A DNA stretch of 32,000 nucleotides from NCBI RefSeq assembly GCF_000195855.1, contig NC_002677.1:2550001-2582000 (forward strand), in the 5' to 3' direction. The DNA is from Mycobacterium leprae TN (lineage in GTDB: Bacteria; Actinomycetota; Actinomycetes; Mycobacteriales; Mycobacteriaceae). The notes below the pieces were generated by a model. It did not search any database. It saw only the letters and a list, made by a program, of their open reading frames with translations, and was not told the DNA's origin. A program made the position numbers and the translations under genes. This document shows, piece by piece, positions 27,800-32,000 of the stretch. Positions within the stretch are counted from its first letter, which is position 1; every line of letters starts with the position of its first letter.

Positions 27800-29669
27800 A
27801 CTATTGTGCCACAACGTAGGGATGATCGATCCAGTGCCGGAACCCATATTCGTCAAAAAACTCATGCAAGATCAAGACTGCGTGTTCATCATCTAAATCC
27901 TAGAAAATCCAAGTCTTTCAGATACCGGGCTCGGTGAAAATATCCACCATACAGCTAACCTCCACGGTCATGGTCGAAACGTCATCGACAGATGCGATCG
28001 CAGTCATCACCCCGGGCACAGCGGTAACTAATCCAGACATCGGAATCGCCGCGACGAACCCGTCGATGATCTAACCGACGAAAACGTCCAGTATGTCGTC
28101 AATGGCAGTAGCATCGAACAAGTCGAACGAGTGCGCTGCAGCAACAGCCACACCCGAGTGAGATCGGGCATGCGATCATCAGAGCAATCACCATCGCGTA
28201 CATGTCTCCGATGATCACCGAAGCTGTCTTCCATCACATTTCGGCAACATTAAGTGGCAGCTCTTCGAGAAATTCGATGGATATCAGCTTTGCACAACGC
28301 TATCCGCTTTCGGAACCACACAACCAAATCAGCCTCGGACAAAGGTTGGAGGGTTTCGGCACAACCAAATTCTTACCTACCTGACCTAGTCGCTCGTAGG
28401 TGATTCCGATTACTGCGGCTTGTGCTAACTCCGGGTGTTCGAGCACCCTCGATCTCCGCTAAGTACGCGTTGAAGCCGTCTAGGATGAACATGCCCTTCT
28501 TACTCCCGTTAATCCTTATCCGCTACTGTCAAATCCAAGCTGACCAGATCGTCGGTATAGCAACTAACCCTCGTCATAAATCGCCTCCACGGTGGCAAAC
28601 AGAGTCATCGAGATAACCCTGCATGACTCTGCACCCACGGATCAAAGCCTCTCCATCGTCGGCGATGTGTACCTCGAGCCCATCGCACGGCGTACCGGCG
28701 ATTGTCGCGATATCTTCGAAGGAATCCCTGCGTCGTTACCGTTGCCGCTTTGGTGAGGACCTAGCCGGTCATGATAGGCTGGAAAAGCAATTCGTTATGT
28801 ACCCGTCAGATGAGTTGCATGAAGATGTCAGCCGACCGATCATCGCTGCCCGCAACGACGACAGGTCGTAATTGACCGAGGCAAGCAGCAGCGAATGATT
28901 AGAGCGTCAACCGTCCAGGAAGCCTGGTAACTCATTCACGCTCAAGCAGCTCCAGCATACGATTCAGCCAGAATACGGAAACCAGAATGACGTTGTTTCC
29001 CAAGATCATTAAAGAAATATAGCACACCTTGGTGCGGAAGAACGAGTTGACGATCAGTGTAGTGGTTATCTTCACCGAAGGGTCGGCGAAGTCGCACCAA
29101 ATCAGCGTAGGGCCATAGGTTCTGCAAGTATTTCATCATCACGCTTTTGGTCCGTTAGGTGGTGCCCGAGGGGTAGATCACATCCGTGATATCGGTGCCG
29201 CTGATCGGTCACTCGAACGACGAACCACTGGCCAGAAATTTCGACTCGACATCGATCGCGACCATATCGGTGTGATCAGCGCAATCCTTTCTCAAGAAGA
29301 TTTTTTCAATCATAACCACTTTCTCTCCACTGCAACAGATGATGTCGATGGTTTCGGCGCTCTGAACCTGGTACTGACCGAAACCAACATTGCACCCGAG
29401 GTGAGCAAACCGAACTCCGCAATCATCCATCATCCATTAGGCGGAATTGGACGTCTAGATGGCTAGCTAATCACCTTGTCAATGCCGGATAACACGCAAG
29501 AACCTGCAGCACAGCGGATCCAGTCTACGAACTGAGTGAAGCTCAGAAGCAAGAAGCCGTAGACGACCATTTCTGCTTCACCGAAACAATCTTTCGCACT
29601 TAACATCATAGCGGGAATTGCAGTCCAATTTTGCGGGATCGGCTCACCGTAGTGGTCCGCGGTTGTCAT
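27800..29669 (-). pseudogene. fadD: acyl-CoA synthetase / AMP-binding enzyme (fadD16-like) pseudogene
   Basis: AMP-binding motif I reads 'DITDVIYPSGTT*RTKSVMM', with TAA replacing the Gly of YTSGTTGxPKG. Motif 'INGSKKGMFILDGFNAYLAEIEGARTPGV' compares with 'GGFNVYPAEIE'. The N-terminus 'LSFTQFVDWIRCAAGSCVLSGI' is recognisable. Numerous stops and frameshifts are present. Confidence 0.7.
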
Positions 29670-29679
29670 ACCGAAATTA

Positions 29680-30853
29680 GTCGAGCCAGATGGCCGCTCA
29701 AGATCTTTGCCTGACCATCAACACGTCAAGTACTACACAGTGCATCCGCGTAATGCCCGGGGTTGCACGAGCCCATCCTGGAGCGGGAAATCCTAACTGT
29801 AGAGAACCCTACCCATCCCGATGAGACCGACCAGGACGCTGATACCGTCTTTAGTAGAATGTACTGATGTGGATTCGGTGCTTGACCTCTTCGACCGGGT
29901 CACCGCCGGGTAAACTTGCGGACGTTTTCTTGTAGATGTCAACCAGCTGACCCAGCAAGGGAAACAGTTACTTCGATACGAAATTTGATGACCGCGACCT
30001 TCAATCGTGGGGGAACAATACAACGCGCCGTAAATCCCTCAGGGCACCACAGTGTCCTGCATCGACCGCAACTTATTGAGCATGGCGAACGCATTCGTCT
30101 GGAACGGGAACATCTCCTTGTCGCCACCGTCCTCTTAGGTGTGTATCGAGCATAGCCACTATTCGACGAATGCATCGCCACCAGCACGTCATGGTCGACA
30201 CATAGCTGCCAAAACGGGCCGAACTCCGGCACCGCAAACGAACGCGGACCACAGTACCAGGTAACGGAGGACGGCCGCATCAGGATCGTCCGAGCAACGC
30301 GTCGCACCACCCTAGTCCAGCTCCTCAATTGCCTTCTCGGCAATCAGCAAGCTGGCCTACCAGGACGGTGAAAATGCGGTCATGGTAACTAAAACTCCAC
30401 ACCTCGTCGAGCCACTGGTTGAGCGCGTACACCACCACATGAATCAACGGCGGGTCATCATGCACTCGCTCTTCAACCAGACTGACCAGAGTCGAGCACA
30501 TCGATTAGCGGTCGACATCTAGATCATTCATCAGCTCTAGCCAGGGATCGGTCTCGTGAAAGGCCGGGAACAAACATCCGCTCGCCAAATAGCTGCTGGC
30601 AGTTTTTGCCTTTCAGATTGCCATTTTTGAAGTACTCCTACATAGCCTCGAGACAGGCAACCACCTCGAACGTGGGATTACGAATGTAGTCACCGATGTG
30701 GCCGCAAATCCCGATATTGGTTCGACCATTGACCTGTATGTACTGGATCGCGTCGCGGTGATGCTTCACCAGTTACTTGGTTAGCGAATCCTCCATCTCG
30801 TAGAAGTGATCTTTGGCGTCAAACAGCGGATAGATCGAGTCAGCTGCTGACAT
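29680..30853 (-). pseudogene. metal-dependent amidohydrolase (amidohydrolase-2 family) pseudogene
   Basis: ATG at 30853 has GGAGGA 5 nt upstream. Readable blocks are 'MSAADSIYPLFDAKDHFYEMEDSLTK*', 'NPTFEVVA', 'EYFKNGNLKGK', 'PEFGPFWQLCVDHDVLVAMHSSNSGYARYT', 'PRLKVAVI' and 'SLQLGFPAPGW' (cf. 'VLFGSDFPHxEG'). Many stops and frame changes are present. Confidence 0.6.
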
Positions 30854-31069
30854 AAGATCCTCCATTGCTATTTACGAAAAAATTTTTGTAAAAACGTATT
30901 GAAGTGAGCTGTCGCGCTGGGCTTAGGAACAGAGGCTAAACCTCTTGACTCTGGCTGACCGGAGATACATCTTGAGGATAACGTCCGGTGGGCGCAAAGC
31001 AGGAGTCAGGGAATCCGCAGGTGATATTATTCACCCTTTACGAGAAGGTAAATATCGCAGGAGCCGTAC

Positions 31070-32000
31070 ATGGTCAACTCGAAGTTCGACTACAGGCTCG
31101 CGGTCCGCACCATTAACCATCCACACGCCCGCAATCCCATTATAACTAAAGAATCTGGAACAGTTCGACGCCGCGGAAGGCACCCGAACGGGTTCGCACT
31201 AGCCATTTGCAGCCAATCTAACACCCTGACGCCGCAGAGCGCGGTGGCCACTGAAATAACCCATGCTACTGCGGCCGCCGGAAGCAACCCGGCCACACAG
31301 TGGGCACACCGTAACCGCAACCTTGGCTCCCCCAACAGGTGAAGATCGACCTAGATGGCTCAGATGGGGGTGACAGCCAGGACGCTTGCCTAAGGAAAAA
31401 TTGTCCCGGGAAGGGCTATCCGGGCCAACATCGGCGATGAACTTACGATCACCGTGACGATCCGGCGCGATTATCCGACCTCAGTCCACTGACACGGTGG
31501 TCGCGTTGCCCAACGACATGGACAGCGCCGATCCCGCCATGCCAAGCAGCCCGGGCCAGCCGTGACTTTATTTATCGGTTCTCGGTGCCGAACGTGGGCA
31601 CTTACTGGGCCCATCCGCACACTGGTCTGGACGCTGATACAAAGCCTCTATCTACTAGTTATCGTCTACGATCCAACCAAGCCAGGTAACTACGACGCCT
31701 AATGACCTAATGAATTGTCGTCATGAATGATTAGACGACGGTGTCGGGAAGATCCCACAATAACTCTATGATGATCTAACCTCGCCCAAAAAGTCGAACA
31801 TGACCAAGACCATTCTGACAACGTCGACCATATCATCTGCACCAGCTACAAGCGGTACGAACCCGTCGACCGAAATTCCTGGGTCGCTGGGTAGCTACGT
31901 CGGGAAAAACGACTTGCTCGCCAGTAACGCGGTGCACATCGCCTACCCCTATTACCTGTTCAAAGGACGAATACCGGTGACTAAGAAAACATTCAAAGCG
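31070..32000 (+). pseudogene. multicopper oxidase (Rv0846c/MmcO-like) pseudogene, continues beyond the window end
   Basis: A lipobox-like 'GFALAICS' follows a degenerate RR region. Other blocks are 'IRANIGDELTITVTIRRDYPTSVH*HG' and 'FIYRFSVPNVGTYWAHPHTGLDAD' (Cu-site HPH). 'IAYPYYLFKGRIP' follows. Stops and frameshifts lie between the blocks. Confidence 0.65.

Overview
This is a high-GC actinobacterial chromosome segment that reads like a reductively evolved Mycobacterium leprae-type genome. Only about 8 ORFs look intact, together roughly 10 kb or one third of the window. They are cspB, rpfA, a small Rv0863-like ORF, a 753-aa protein plus an XPB/ERCC3 helicase, fadB, fadA and pdc. Nearly everything else is recognisable but broken coding sequence, with frameshifts, in-frame stops and deletions; I count at least 22 pseudogene remnants. 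From memory of the M. tuberculosis map, gene order is collinear and inverted relative to Rv0846c-Rv0871: MCO, fadD16, pdc, Rv0854, far, Rv0856/57, dapC, fadA, fadB, ercc3, Rv0862c, Rv0863, moaC2, mog, moaE2, rpfA, moaD2, moaA2, Rv0870c, cspB. An extra ~8 kb block made only of pseudogenes sits between the helicase and fadB. It holds thiolase/DUF35, P450, EspR-like XRE, ImmA-like peptidase, membrane protein and FAD monooxygenase remnants. A ydaO-type c-di-AMP riboswitch is readable in front of rpfA. I found no rRNA, intact tRNA, CRISPR array, transposase or long dispersed repeat. The points most worth a second look are listed here.
- The conserved XPB helicase and its uncharacterised partner, which shares the XPB N-terminal domain and ends in a WYL-like module.
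- The riboswitch-rpfA unit surviving inside a dead molybdopterin locus.
- A decayed XRE/ImmA/membrane triad.
- Several perfect palindromes and tandem duplications.
All homology calls come from reading translations by eye and from remembered family motifs. No database search was run. Pseudogene borders are approximate (tens of nt).
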